Shown here piece by piece: positions 11,808 through 23,228 of a stretch of 64,000 nucleotides of DNA. The stretch is from NCBI GenBank assembly GCA_030704615.1, contig CM060732.1, positions 1,116,001-1,180,000 of the forward strand, given 5' to 3'. The position numbers and the translations under genes are program-made. Every line of letters begins with the position of its first letter. Positions within the stretch are counted from its first letter, which is position 1. The notes under the pieces are model-generated. The model had not been told where the DNA came from. It saw only the letters and a list, made by a program, of their open reading frames with translations, and made no database searches. This stretch comes from Takakia lepidozioides (taxonomy: Eukaryota > Plantae > Bryophyta).

Positions 11808-14800
11808 ATGGCGGAAAACCCGAGCGCTACAGTGTACTGCCCTCCTCACGAGCATAGAGCTTCATTTCCGTGCAGAGGGGACACCTGCCGGGTGATGGAG
11901 AAATATCTGTGCGTTCGATACACCTGAAACCGGGGTCGGTTTTTTTGGAGGAGGAAAGAAGGAAGGACTCAAACGGCCTTGTTGTCGAGAGTATGTTGTG
12001 CTCCACGATGATTTCGGCGATGGCAGGGAATGGCGAGTTCCACCATCGGACAGCGTCATATACAGGGCTGTTGGGGACTTCATTTGCCCGCCAAATGCAC
12101 CGTCTCCTGGCGCCTTCCATGAAACAATCCGCGAATCAGAGAGTGGGTACCTCAAAGAGAGAAGTCCGCAACGAAGTAAATCCAGAGCCGAACCCATCCA
12201 TGAAGACGACCGAGAACCGGGTTGTTCACAACCTGTCCGACTCGACGAGGTCATGGAAGTTCCGAGGTCGTCCTGGAGATCAGGCAAGTCCTCAATGGAC
12301 GTCAGTGGAGGAGGGAGTCATATTCCCAGCACGAGCACCGCAGTTCGATCTATTCTTGAAATTCTGCGAGGGCTTCACCTGGAAGGACACCGGTCGGAGC
12401 TGGCCGGGCTGGACTACAGCAAGTTCGCAATTAATCGGTTACATGCCTTCCCGCCGACGTCGACGGTAATATCTTCTTTGAGTTCCCTCCTCGGCGGACT
12501 ACTCGAGGGCGTCGGAATGTTGACAGATATGGATAGAAAACATGACGGTCATCCTTGGTGCGTTACCAAAACCACCAACATGAAGATGCTGATGGTGTGC
12601 GGGTGCGCTACGTTGTTTGTGCGGGCGCGTTGCGGTGTTTCTCCCCAACTTGCTTCCACTTTAAATCCAGAGGTCACAGGAACGAGACCGATTGGACAGG
12701 CACAGCTCATCAACCATTTGAGCTCAGGAGAAGGTTCGAACTCCACATTTAAGTGTGCGCATTGCAAAGAACCACCACACTGCATGTCTGTTTGTAATGC
12801 CAAGCAGTTCTATGTGTTGCACCGTTTCCCTGACCTCACCCGAGCTTGCATACACGTTGGTTCCCATTGTCACAAATTGGCGAGGAGGAACTCGCGGGAG
12901 GCTGCCCACGAAGCAGAGCAGCTCGTTCAGGAGGAGGTTAAGTTGAGACCGGGTGCCAAACCCAAACAGATACCGCTCCAAGCCGCCCATAAGATGGCAT
13001 TGGCCAGAATTATGTCGGAAGACGGCTCCGATAGAGTTCCTCTCGACGAGAAGGAAATGGAGGCATTGCTGGAGTCGGTGTCCCACGTATGTTCACCGAA
13101 TGTCCGAAACCACATTGTCTCATGCAAACAGAAAATTGGGCGTGGCTCGGATATGCACTCCATTCTGGAGGTGAAGCGACGATGTGGATATGACTACATT
13201 CATGGAAGTAGGTTTCCAGGACAGGGGACTGAGGCAGATCGTTGTTTCGTATTCAAAATGTCCACGTGTGGACCTGGCAGTGGCGTCGAACTGGTCGACA
13301 GGATGACGAGTGGGAACTTGTCAAACAGTTGGGTCATGTTCGACCATATCAAGCGAATTACAAATCACCAGTGGGTGACAATGGGTGCACATGTCTACGA
13401 CACCCACTGCAGGATGCTAATGACAATTGCTATTGTGTGAGATGAAAGAGAGAGGACACACAATCGGAGATGCTTCTTTGGCAGGGAATAAACGAACAGA
13501 TGGCCAAGGCGGGATTGCCCCTCCCAATTTCCGTGGTTTCATGGCGGACAACGCACAAGCAAATTGGGCTGCCATCCGAAGGGTGTACGAGCAAGACCCC
13601 AATGTTCCCATGGAAGGCAAGGAGAGATCTTGTGGGTTCCATTTTCTGCAGAGCCTTTCGCAGTACACAACCAGGGCTCGTGGCGCCAGATTTCAGAGAG
13701 GAGCACCGTTCCATGTGCCTTGCGTGGAAGCGCACTCCCACCTTGGATGATGCAGAGACATAGTTTGCATGCATACGGGCTTGGTGGACATCGTCAGGTG
13801 CTGTAAGGAAATCAGACGAAGAGCAATGGTCAGTTGGCTAGCATGGTGGCATTATCGTTTCCTCCAGTTCGGCGACTATATGCGGGAGGTGAGTTGCACG
13901 AATTCGCGTTCCGTTGGATATTATTCTGGCTTTTTTTTATTGTAACTTGCTTGTAACCTGAACATGTGCTTGTGCAGGAAATGTGTCTCGACTCCGACAC
14001 CGACATGCCCACGACAAACATGGCCGAATCAGTGCACTCTTCCTGGCGTGCCTCCTCTGCGGCGCATCTGGTGGACATCCTCACTGCCACAAGGAGGACA
14101 TTGTGAGGTCAATTATGCAGCAATGCAGGTACAACGAGTTCTTGAAAGGGAAACAGTGGGGCTTGGGGCCGGACAGGCAGGAAATGCTGATGCGGACTGC
14201 CTCCAGATCGAAGAATCCTCGGAAGTGGGCGGCGGCCTTGCGAGAGGGCCTTCGGGACACGCCATGCTGCGAAGAGGCCAACATTTGGAAGGAGATGTTC
14301 ATACCCGTCCAGTGAGACGAAGACTTGACGAGGCACCTGGCGGAGAAGAGGATTCATGGCGAGCTGACAAGAATATTCGCACGCTCCCTCGTGGTCGGTG
14401 ATGTTGCCCGAGGAGGTCTCGTCGAGCACCGGAAGTCCTGCACGTTCAAGATCGTCATCTCCTTTGAGCACAGGGCGCGTGCCCCGGCAACATAACGAGC
14501 CATGTGTAGTAAAGCAATACAACATTCCCATTGTGGAGACAAGAGTGTCGGGAGTCACAGTGGAGAATTGCGAGGACATTGCCGGCATTTCGAGGGAAGT
14601 GTTGCGCCATCCGGGTGGGTGGATACGAGAGCACGCTGTGGTGAGATGATTCGAAGGAACCCACACGGTGCTGTACCTGCACCTTGTTTCAGCGGCAGAT
14701 TTTTGACTCCTACATTTGCTCACGCCACAACGCAGACATTTTGGTTCTGTAGGCACGACATAATGACCTGTGTATTTGGCAAGCCCAAGTACGGGATTCA

Positions 14801-15410
14801 GGGAATGCCGGAGCCTCCGGGCGTCTGGCCTGTTGCACCGGGTTGCAGCCTCTCTCAGAATGAGGCGGATGCTCTATCTGCAGCAGGATTTCGAATGGTG
14901 CAACGCACAGACATCCCGGCCCATGCATTTCCGGTTCCTCAGACCCAGCCATTGCAGACTGCTCGGTCCAGTAGAGACGGATTGGACAATTTTGCACATC
15001 CCACAATGCGATTCGGAAGAGTGAAGAGACGACACCCTCCCAACAAGTTGAATGAGACTCGGATTGCCAATGCTCTTGGGATGGCTTGCACTATTCAGAG
15101 CTCCGTGGACGTACCCCACCCGGCCTTGGGCGTGTGTATCGGATGGCAACGGCCGGCTCGGCTGTACGCGACGATGTATACACAATTACGATTGGAGTGG
15201 AGCCGACTTGCAACTGTACGGACTTCTCGTTGATGGAAGCAAAGAAGGGTTCGAAGTATTTATCCGTGCAAGCATCTGTATTACATTTACCTGAAGAGGT
15301 TTGAGGATGAACGTGACTATTGATGACTTTATTCATGCACCGGCGTTGAGCGTGAACGAGCTGCACAAACTCCTCCTTAGGGATTCCAGAAATCATTGAT
15401 GGGGCAAACG
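11808..15410 (+). pseudogene. MULE-family DDE transposase with N-terminal GCM/WRKY-like zinc domain and C-terminal SWIM finger (frameshifted; intron ~13889-13977)
   Basis: DGHPWCVTKTTN...CAGALRC...CAHC...HVGSHCH; WVMFDH (D1), FMADNAQA (D2), CGFH (CxxH), TNMAESVH (E); YTITIG.EPTCNCTDF...CKHLYY (SWIM, ~15180-15295). Confidence 0.85.
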
Positions 15411-15557
15411 GAATCCTCCATATGGATATTTTCAAATGCATTTGCTGTGTATCAGATTTTTTTTTTTGCAGTGTAATGAAATGCACCCCAAAACTCCTGG
15501 AATGAGGCAATATTTCATTCAAACTGAGATCCAACAGAAGCAGTTGTGGGGCCATTT

Positions 15558-15945
15558 CTGGAAAAATGGCGCCGAATTTCTCTTTTTGGGGCCGAAAACT
15601 CGCTAAGTTCTCTTTCGTTGGGCCGAAAACGGCTAAGTCCCAACATGCTTGGTACCCGGTGTCTGGAAAATGGCGCCGAATTTCCTCTTTTTTTTGGGCC
15701 GAAAACTGGCTAAGTCCCACATGCCTGTACAGTGTCTGGAAAAATGGCGCCGAATTTCCCTATTTTGCGCCGAAAACTGGCTAAGTCCGAACATGCACTG
15801 GAAAAATGGCGCCGAATTACCTGTCATGAGGGGACCTATAGCCCGCGGAATTCGGCCCCATTTTTCGCCAGAAGAGACCTATTGCCGTGAAATACGTCGC
15901 CGTTTTTCAGGTTACGGACCCTATTCCGCGAATTCGGCGCCATAT
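15558..15945. repeat. Subterminal copies of the same palindrome with CTAAGTCC motif
   Basis: GGAAAA(A)TGGCGCCGAATTT at ~15560, 15665, 15738, 15799; CCGAAAACTGGCTAAGTCC as in the intronic repeat. Confidence 0.85.
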
Positions 15946-16188
15946 TTGCACATGTCGCTGGGAATTGGCATGAGCGGAAGACGAAATATCATGAGCACAA
16001 CTGTCAAAAGTGCAATTTTCCCTTCAAGGGGCCGAATAATATATTTGTTTTTCCTTACACATTGCATTAAATTATTGTTTTTTATTGTTTTTTATTTTCG
16101 AAATTTGTACTTCTGCTCATGAAACCGATTGTGTTACTACTCTGCTCATGCCGCTCATGCCGCTCATGCTCATGAAATAGCAAACCTC

Positions 16189-16700
16189 AGATAGTCAATG
16201 CAAACAGAACGGATTGGGATACAAAGCTGCTGACAGCTTTGTGGTCATACAGACTTCATATAAAGTCACCACTAAGTATACACCATTCCAATTAGTTTAT
16301 GGTATGGAAGCTTTACTTCCAGTGGAATTCTTGTTACCTACCATGAGAACGGAATGAGGAAAGAGAATGGAATTGCAAGATTCAATTAAGGTCAGGAAAC
16401 ATGAATTATACCATGTGGAAGAAATACGTGCTGATGCAGCTGATAACATGACCAGAATTCAGATGAAGAGAAAGGAACAGTTTGATGAAGGCAAGTTAAA
16501 GACTTTTAAGACGGGAGATTTGGTTCTCTGGTTGCAGAAGAAGGGAAAGATTAAAGCTTCTAAGCTTAAATCACCATGGAAAGGACCTTATGTCATATAG
16601 AAAATGTATGATAACAACACCGCCATGTTACAAACCATTAACAAAGAGATGCTGGGAAGAGTCAATGCCAATAAGTTGAAGGGGTACAGTGGTATCCATG
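16189..16700 (+). pseudogene. Gypsy integrase C-terminal part
   Basis: NANRTDWDTKLLTALWSYR...TPFQLVYG...KLKSPWKGPYVI...RVNANKLK; in frame with 3978. Confidence 0.9.
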
Positions 16701-16829
16701 ACAAACCATTGCAGCATGATTTGCATGTTGAAATGCAGAAGCAGTCACGGGCTGCGCCAGTGATACCAACGGAGTATGGAGCACTTGTCACTAGGCCGAG
16801 CGTATATGACCAGGGCGGGCAGTACAAGT

Positions 16830-17065
16830 GTGGCACAGCCTATCACAGCCCATCATGACGCGACACAGCCTATCACAGCCCATCACGGCGCGACACAGCC
16901 TATCACAGCCCATTACAGTGTGGCACAGCCTATCACAGCCCATCACGGCGCGACACAACCTATCACAGCCCATCACAATGTCACACAACCTATCACAACC
17001 TACCACAGCGTGTCACAGCCTATCACAGCGTACCACAGTATGACACAGCCTGTCACAGCTCAACA
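16830..17065 (+). repeat. 30-bp tandem repeat (ACAGCCTATCACAGCCCATCAC core, ~8 units) inside Gypsy A
   Basis: Direct 30-nt periodicity, giving QPITAHH peptide repeats. Confidence 0.9.
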
Positions 17066-17559
17066 CAGCTTACTGGGGGTTACACAATCCATAGGATCAG
17101 TGACAGGTGGACGTGAATTACCAACCGGAGAGTGGCCGGCGGAAAAGTGGACGGAGGCACGTTTAGAAATGGACACGTGGACGCCAGGGCGAGACACACA
17201 GCCGGACATGGATTGCAAGAGCGACTGTCATCAAGGAAAAAGACAAAATTGGCTGTCAAAGTACCTACATGGCATATTAACTTATTTTGGGCCCATTAAT
17301 GCATACAGGGAAATGGTAACGGAACCCTTTAAAAGTACCGAAAAGCGAAATCCATGTCACATGTGCTATCCTAGTATACAGTCCAGAGTGGAAAATCCAT
17401 GGAAGGAAATTAAATCTAAAATCCAGTCACAGCAGTTACAGCCAATCATAAGCCAGAAGCAAGATCAAGAAATTGGAGGGATTTTAAGCGCAAGAGTCAG
17501 CGTCGTTCCAAGTAACGGGCGTCTCGACGGGACAGACCATCAATGCTATAGCTTTGAAG

Positions 17560-20500
17560 CTATGGAGGAACTAACAAACTATACGCTCGCAATACTACTT
17601 ACGCAGTAGCACGGGGATAGAAGAACAGAGAGTATCTTTTCTCTTAATTGATGCTTGCAAGCCCCGCAGGCTTACAAGAAATTACCCATAGCATTTTGTG
17701 GCAACCATACGTTTATGCTTTGTGCCCTGCAGGCATTTCTTCAATTGTTACAGCCAAAACCTTTCTGTGGGTCTAGAATGAAGAGAGTGAGAGGAATGGA
17801 AGAAATCAGGGTGAAGAGCACCACAATCCTGCAGAAACAAACGATTGCTACTCCACAGGCGGTATAGTTACTGAAGGAGCTGCGATTAGAAGGATTGCAA
17901 AGCAAAGATTGGACATTGCACCATAGGCAGTACATGTTACAATTCTTGCAGAACTTTGAGCCTAGGACAAGAGCAACAACGGTGAAGGGAGTTGAATTAG
18001 AAGTTACTCCCCTATACCTACAGCAATTGTTTGAATTGCCATCAGGTCAGGTGCATGTGGAGGAGCACAGGGCAAGACTGCAAATAGGGGACTTATTCCA
18101 AGAAGGGAGTTTCTTTAAAACTCGGGTTATGCTTGTACCAAGGCCGTGTACCCAGGGCTAAGGGAGGTAGGCCAGGTATTGAACGTTCTATTTGCCATGA
18201 AAAAGAACCAACAGTATTTGAGCAGATCCTTCACAGAGGAAATACTCAAAGCCCTGAGAGGAGAAGAGGTAGCATGGGCGGACATAATGTACAACGGACT
18301 GGTAGAGGAGATGAAGAGATTACAAGGCACTGCCGCAAAGTCTCCTATCATAGTGTCTGGGCCAATCATTGCACAAATTATTCTAGACTCGTGCATACTT
18401 GATGCGAGAGAAAGGAAGGAGATGGGAGTGTTTGAGACAGCAACCACTGCCATAGAAGAGCAAGGTTCTTCACAGGGTGAAGGGGGATTGGCAGAGCATC
18501 AACAGCCTAAGAGGCAGAGGAAAGCAATCACATTAGAAGCAGAACCATTGACTACGAGACAGCCAGAGGAAGAAGTTACTCATACTCTTGTGCAAGAGGA
18601 GGCACAGCAGCACAGAGAGATGTGGGTACAAACAACGCAACCTGTGGAGAGAGAACAAGAGGTTACTTCAGTATCACAGCCATCACAGCCAGATGATTGG
18701 CTTGTCACAGAGTTACCACAAGTTGTCCATGCAGTTCCACCACAAATAATTGATTTGGAGAAAGAAGGGTTAGATATCCCCACTACAGAACAGGTGGTGG
18801 CAGAAATTGAGAAGGGGGACCTTCTCTATGAAAATTCTGGTTTAATTAGGGAAACAGTGATTCCGGAGGTGCAGCGGTTGTCCAGGGGAAACCTTGCTGT
18901 TGTTGTAATACCCACACCTCTGACGGAGGTACCACAGGTAGAATGTCAAGACACTGCAGCACCTGTAGCGGATGAGGTGGTTCAGGAAGAAAATCTGGTG
19001 GGGCAATGGCCTGAATGGTTCATGAGGCATCACACTGTTGAGGATCAGGGAGAACAGCAGCAAGCTCACCATGATGACCCTCAACAGGCCATGCTTATGA
19101 GTTCCATAAGTAGGACACTTAATTTGTTGGGCACTTATGTGAAATCTCATGTTCCATCTACCCAATTGGCAGCTTTGAGGGAGGAACTCAGGAAGGAGTT
19201 TGAGGCTCGACTTGCCACTGAATGTGCAAACAAGGTCGATGAGGAGGTCACTCTCAAATTACAGCAAGAGTTAGAGGATACAACAGCTGCTTTGCAGTTG
19301 GCCAAGGAACATTTGATTGAAGCAGGCCTCGCGCAGGACCAATTGCACGAAGCACATAAGCAACAGCTATACCAAATGCAGGTGAAGCATGAGAACAAGT
19401 TGCAAGAAGTGAATGCACTACATACGGAGTTGCAGACAGTGCATGACAGGATGGCCATATAATGTGCTACACTCACAACTACGCTTGAGCAAACTACATT
19501 AGAAGTTAACAGCCAAGCGGAAAGATGTATAAAGGCATTGGCAGATAATCTCGAGTAGACAAAACTCATTATTGATATGAAGAATACAATCTGTCGCAAT
19601 GAGAATACTTTCAAGCAATACAGGCAGGTTGAAGCTGACCAAGAGAGGTACATCCAAGAATTGCAACAAACGGTCATGGCCAATAGAAATGAACTCTCTG
19701 TCACTAACAAGGTTTGGAAGGAAGCCAATAATCTGCTTGCTGCCTATGCGAGTTTGGTTGAACCTCATGCGAAGCGCATGGAGGCTTAACAACAACAGTT
19801 AGATATGTACAAACTCAGAGAGGAGCAGAGTCTCAGAGGTACCACAACCAACTTGGTGGATAACCACATTCTGCAGGTCTGGTTAGCACAAGGACCGGTG
19901 GAAGGCAAAGCACCACGGAAGCTCACCCAAGGCGAGATGAATGAACTCAAGCTGCAGGTGCAGAACATTGCCACAACTACTATAGACAATGTCTATAGTA
20001 GGATAGCGGAATAACAAGAGGATGTAGATGGCCTGCAGACTCAGGTGGAGGACTTGACATCAAATATTGACAAAAGAGTCTTTATACCTGAGGAGCAGCT
20101 GATGGCTTCATATTTACAAGCCAGAACTTTAGCTTTTCAGTCTTCTTCGCAGGGGGTGCAGGAAATGCCAGTGGTACAAGAGCCAGTGATACCAATACCA
20201 CAACAAGTGACTGTGACAGTAGCTGACCCTGTTGTTACTACAGCCTGAGGTATGGGGGGATGCTGCTTTTAACCCACCTAAAACTCCTGCTGCACGGGAG
20301 TACAGTCGGGCTATGATTATGCCCTTCAACCAAATTCCCATTGTGTTGGATTTGGCTTGGAAGGAATTTAGTCATCCGCAGTCGTTGGCACATTACTATC
20401 AGATCATGCGCATTTGGCTGCCAGTGGCAACTAGGACTAGGGTTCTTCCAAACAATCGACCAATTGAGGATCATCACTTTGCGAGGTACTGGCATGAGGC

Positions 20501-21317
20501 AAGTACCATGTTGAAGGAATTAATTGCCTTCCAAGTTGTACATGGATTCATTTATACCAAGACCAAGGAAGTAGCAAGTATTGTCATGGGCTACGGGTTA
20601 TACTACGCTGCTTGTTTTCTGGCACGTTATCACATTGAGCAGTAGAAGATGCAATCGCGCTTTCTGAGTTATTCCAGTGGGGATCGTTGGATCTTACCTG
20701 CAGTGCCACCTCATATGTACCTATATGAGGCAAAAGTTATGATGCAAAAGGATTCTCAAATTCGTTCATGGTTTCATGCGGCCTGAAACAATTTGTCAAC
20801 ACAGAAATTCGGGCCTGACGATATTTTCTTTAAGGGCCATGAGGCATGGAAAAACTTGCACAATTCACAAGTCATTGGTACCCACCCCACCACCAGACAA
20901 GACAAGGAGCTCAGGGTCTTCACCAATTTTGCCATTCAGCGCTTACAGCAAGTTTTGCAGTTTAAACTTCCAGACATGGTGGGACAACATTGTATGCCCC
21001 AGAGAATTCCAGTTAGAGTTCGACCGTTAAAACACCTCAGGGGGGATGAGGATTCTGATATTACTGTTTCTTCAGCGGACTCTTTTGACATGGCAGAGGA
21101 CTATGCAATTCAGATGGCAGAGAAGAAGCGACGGGGGTCTCCTATGCCTGAAAGATTACCTCGATATCAGCCAAAGGAAGGACTGACAATTCTAGGTAGT
21201 GCTCAATCATCTCCCTCAACCAGTGACAGGACACGGGCTCACACACGAAGTCCTTCACGAGACTCTCAACGTCACAAGGGTGCTCGCTCACAAAGGTTTG
21301 CTAATCCCAAACAGTAA
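17560..21317 (+). pseudogene. Degraded additional 3' ORF of Gypsy A (Athila-ORF1/Transposase_32-like N-terminus, coiled coil)
   Basis: Series of ORF pieces separated by stops/frameshifts between integrase and PPT; LQFLQNF...TVKGVELEVTP...QQLFELP motif; Glu/Gln-rich heptads. Confidence 0.6.
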
Positions 21318-21338
21318 ACCGTGAGGACACGACTTTTT

Positions 21339-21352
21339 GAGAGGGGGAGGGG
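21339..21352 (+). other. Polypurine tract
   Basis: GAGAGGGGGAGGGG just upstream of the LTR. Confidence 0.85.
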
Positions 21353-21356
21353 TAAA

Positions 21357-22292
21357 TGTTAGAGGGCTGCTTGGGACTTAGACGCTTTTACGGGATCTGT
21401 GGGGTACCCTTAATTTTTATACAGACTGAGACCAACATGAGCCTTAGGGGTGATAGCAACAGGCTTTAGGGGGGAGATACACAGCTCGTCACAGTCCAAC
21501 ACAGCCAGTCACAGTCAACACAGCCCGTCACAGCCGTCACAGCCCGTCACAGTCCAACACAGCCGACACAGCCGTCACAGCCCGTCACAGTCCGACACAG
21601 TCAGACACAGCCGTCACAGCTTCGCACAGTCGACACAGCCCAACACAGCCAGTCATAGCCCGATACAGCCGCACACAGCCCAACACAGCCAGTCACAGCC
21701 CGCCACAGCCTGATACAGCCAGTCACAGCTTGGCACAGCTGGGGAACAGTTATCATTGGTAGGGAACGACGGTGGGGGAACGACATCTGAAAAAGGAACG
21801 TGTACTACAGGGATGACGGTTAGTTAGGAAAGCGATTAGAACAGCTTGTAGGTAGAAAAAGCGAAGAGCGGGGACGTCGAGACATCACTTCACGGGAGGG
21901 GACTTCGGACATCGGGGCTTGGGGAAATAGAAGGGAGAGCACATCTCTGAGTAGGAGAAGTGACGATCTGTTGTTACTTGATGAATGCAAGCTGTAGAAT
22001 TGTAATGCCAAGTAGATTAGAGACACCATAGCTTCAGCCTGATACTTGATAGATATTAATCTGATACATACTTCATACTCACACTGTGTAGAGAGACCTG
22101 AGTGAAGCTGTGGAATGAATGGATGGAACTTGATAGATTTCTGAAGCAAACTGATACTTAATTGCAGATAGTAAGGTAACTCGCTAACATGAATGTGAGA
22201 AGGAGTACAAATAGGAGACACCCCCATGATACACTAGCTGTAGGTCATGACTGATTGTTCTGAGCGGGCTGAGTGCTTAGAGATTTCCAACT
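21357..22292 (+). mobile_element. 3' LTR of Gypsy family A
   Basis: TGTTAGAGGG...TTTCCAACT; collinear with 61381-62309; internal ACAGCC/ACAGTC short repeats at ~21480-21740. Confidence 0.9.
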
Positions 22293-22447
22293 CTTATATC
22301 TTGGAGTTCCCACCTCGGATAGCGAAGGGATGGGTGAGTAAAAACCGCTCGGCACAGCCCCCGTTCCTATTGTTGCCACTGCCCCCACCACAGGGGCAGC
22401 CCCTCTTGTGTCCCGACCCCCCCGCCCTTGAGGCAAAGGCCGCGACA
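22293..22447 (-). mobile_element. Inverted 5' end of a family-B-related LTR, cut by Gypsy A
   Basis: Reverse complement begins TGTCGCGGCCTTTGCCT...GGGGCTG, matching ~90 nt of the LTR at 22502. Confidence 0.75.
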
Positions 22448-22501
22448 TCATCCCCCGGATGGAAAAACGGCGCCGACTTTCCATCCGAGGGGCAGTGATG
22501 A

Positions 22502-23228
22502 TGTCGCGGCCCTTTGCCTTGAGGACAGGGGGTCGGGACACGAGAGGGGCTGCCCCTATGGTGGGGGCAGTGGCAACAATAGATGCGGGGGCTGAAGCAC
22601 CCTTGAGTGCCCAAGGCACTCAAGGAGGCGGAGGCGCTCACTAGGTGGAGCCCCGCACACCGGGTTGCGGTGGGGCTGGTTCCACGAGGGGCGGTGGTAG
22701 CTTAGTGGGACTTAGTGGGGGTGGCATAGGACTCGCCATGGGGGCGGAGACCTTGTGGTGGGAGTTGTGGGGAGTCTTGGGACTCATCACGGTCCAATGG
22801 GGCCGTGGTGGGTGGGCCAAGACTCACCGCGACTCACCACCAGGAGTCGAGGGTTTTCGTGGTGGTTCGCCATAAAATGGCATGGTTGTTTGTGAAACCC
22901 CTGTGGACAAACACAGAAGTTTATATAGGGAGTAGTAACCCCGAGAACGGTGCAAGCCCGTTGGTGACAAAAAACTAGTGAATAAGCGTGCGAGCCGGAA
23001 AGCAACCAAGGTGTGGGTAGCTGTTCCGGACTGCCATCAACCAAAGGGAATTTCCCCTTGGCCCAAATTGAGAGAGGGTCTCGTGGAGAAGTAAAGGGGG
23101 ACCGTTATGTCCCGGTGAGCAGCCGAAGCTCCCGAGTTGGCCCAGCGGCCAGTTTGGGAGTTAGGCGCGCGCATCAAAGCGAGTAACTATGACTTGAAGG
23201 GGAACTTATCGAAGTGAGGTGCGCGACA
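22502..23228 (+). mobile_element. Solo LTR, family B
   Basis: TGTCGCG...CGCGACA termini; 5-bp TSD GATGA (22497-22501, 23229-23233); collinear with 58229-58957. Confidence 0.95.

Larger units (their letters stand above)
3979..16188. mobile_element. 12.2-kb Mutator-like DNA transposon carrying a transposase and a ParB-like/DNA methyltransferase cargo gene
   Basis: Left end GGGGGCTGCTATTTCATGAGC, right end reverse complement GAGGTTTGCTATTTCATGAGC, both with CATGAGC subrepeats; TSD AGATAGTC at 3971-3978 and 16189-16196; removing it restores the integrase frame ILAKIV|NANRTDWDTKL. Confidence 0.95.
260..22292 (+). mobile_element. Non-chromovirus Ty3/Gypsy LTR retrotransposon, family A (Phygy/Athila-like), 5'-truncated, interrupted by the MULE at 3979-16188
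   Basis: PR-RT-RH-INT order, extra 3' ORF region, polypurine tract and a 3' LTR matching the LTR at 61381. Confidence 0.9.

Noticed and set aside
3979-16188. Classification as hAT or Zisupton/KDZ because of the 8-bp TSD
   Set aside because: Transposase motifs (MAD...CxFH...TNxAESxH, SWIM), G-rich termini and a relative with a 9-bp TSD fit MULE better.
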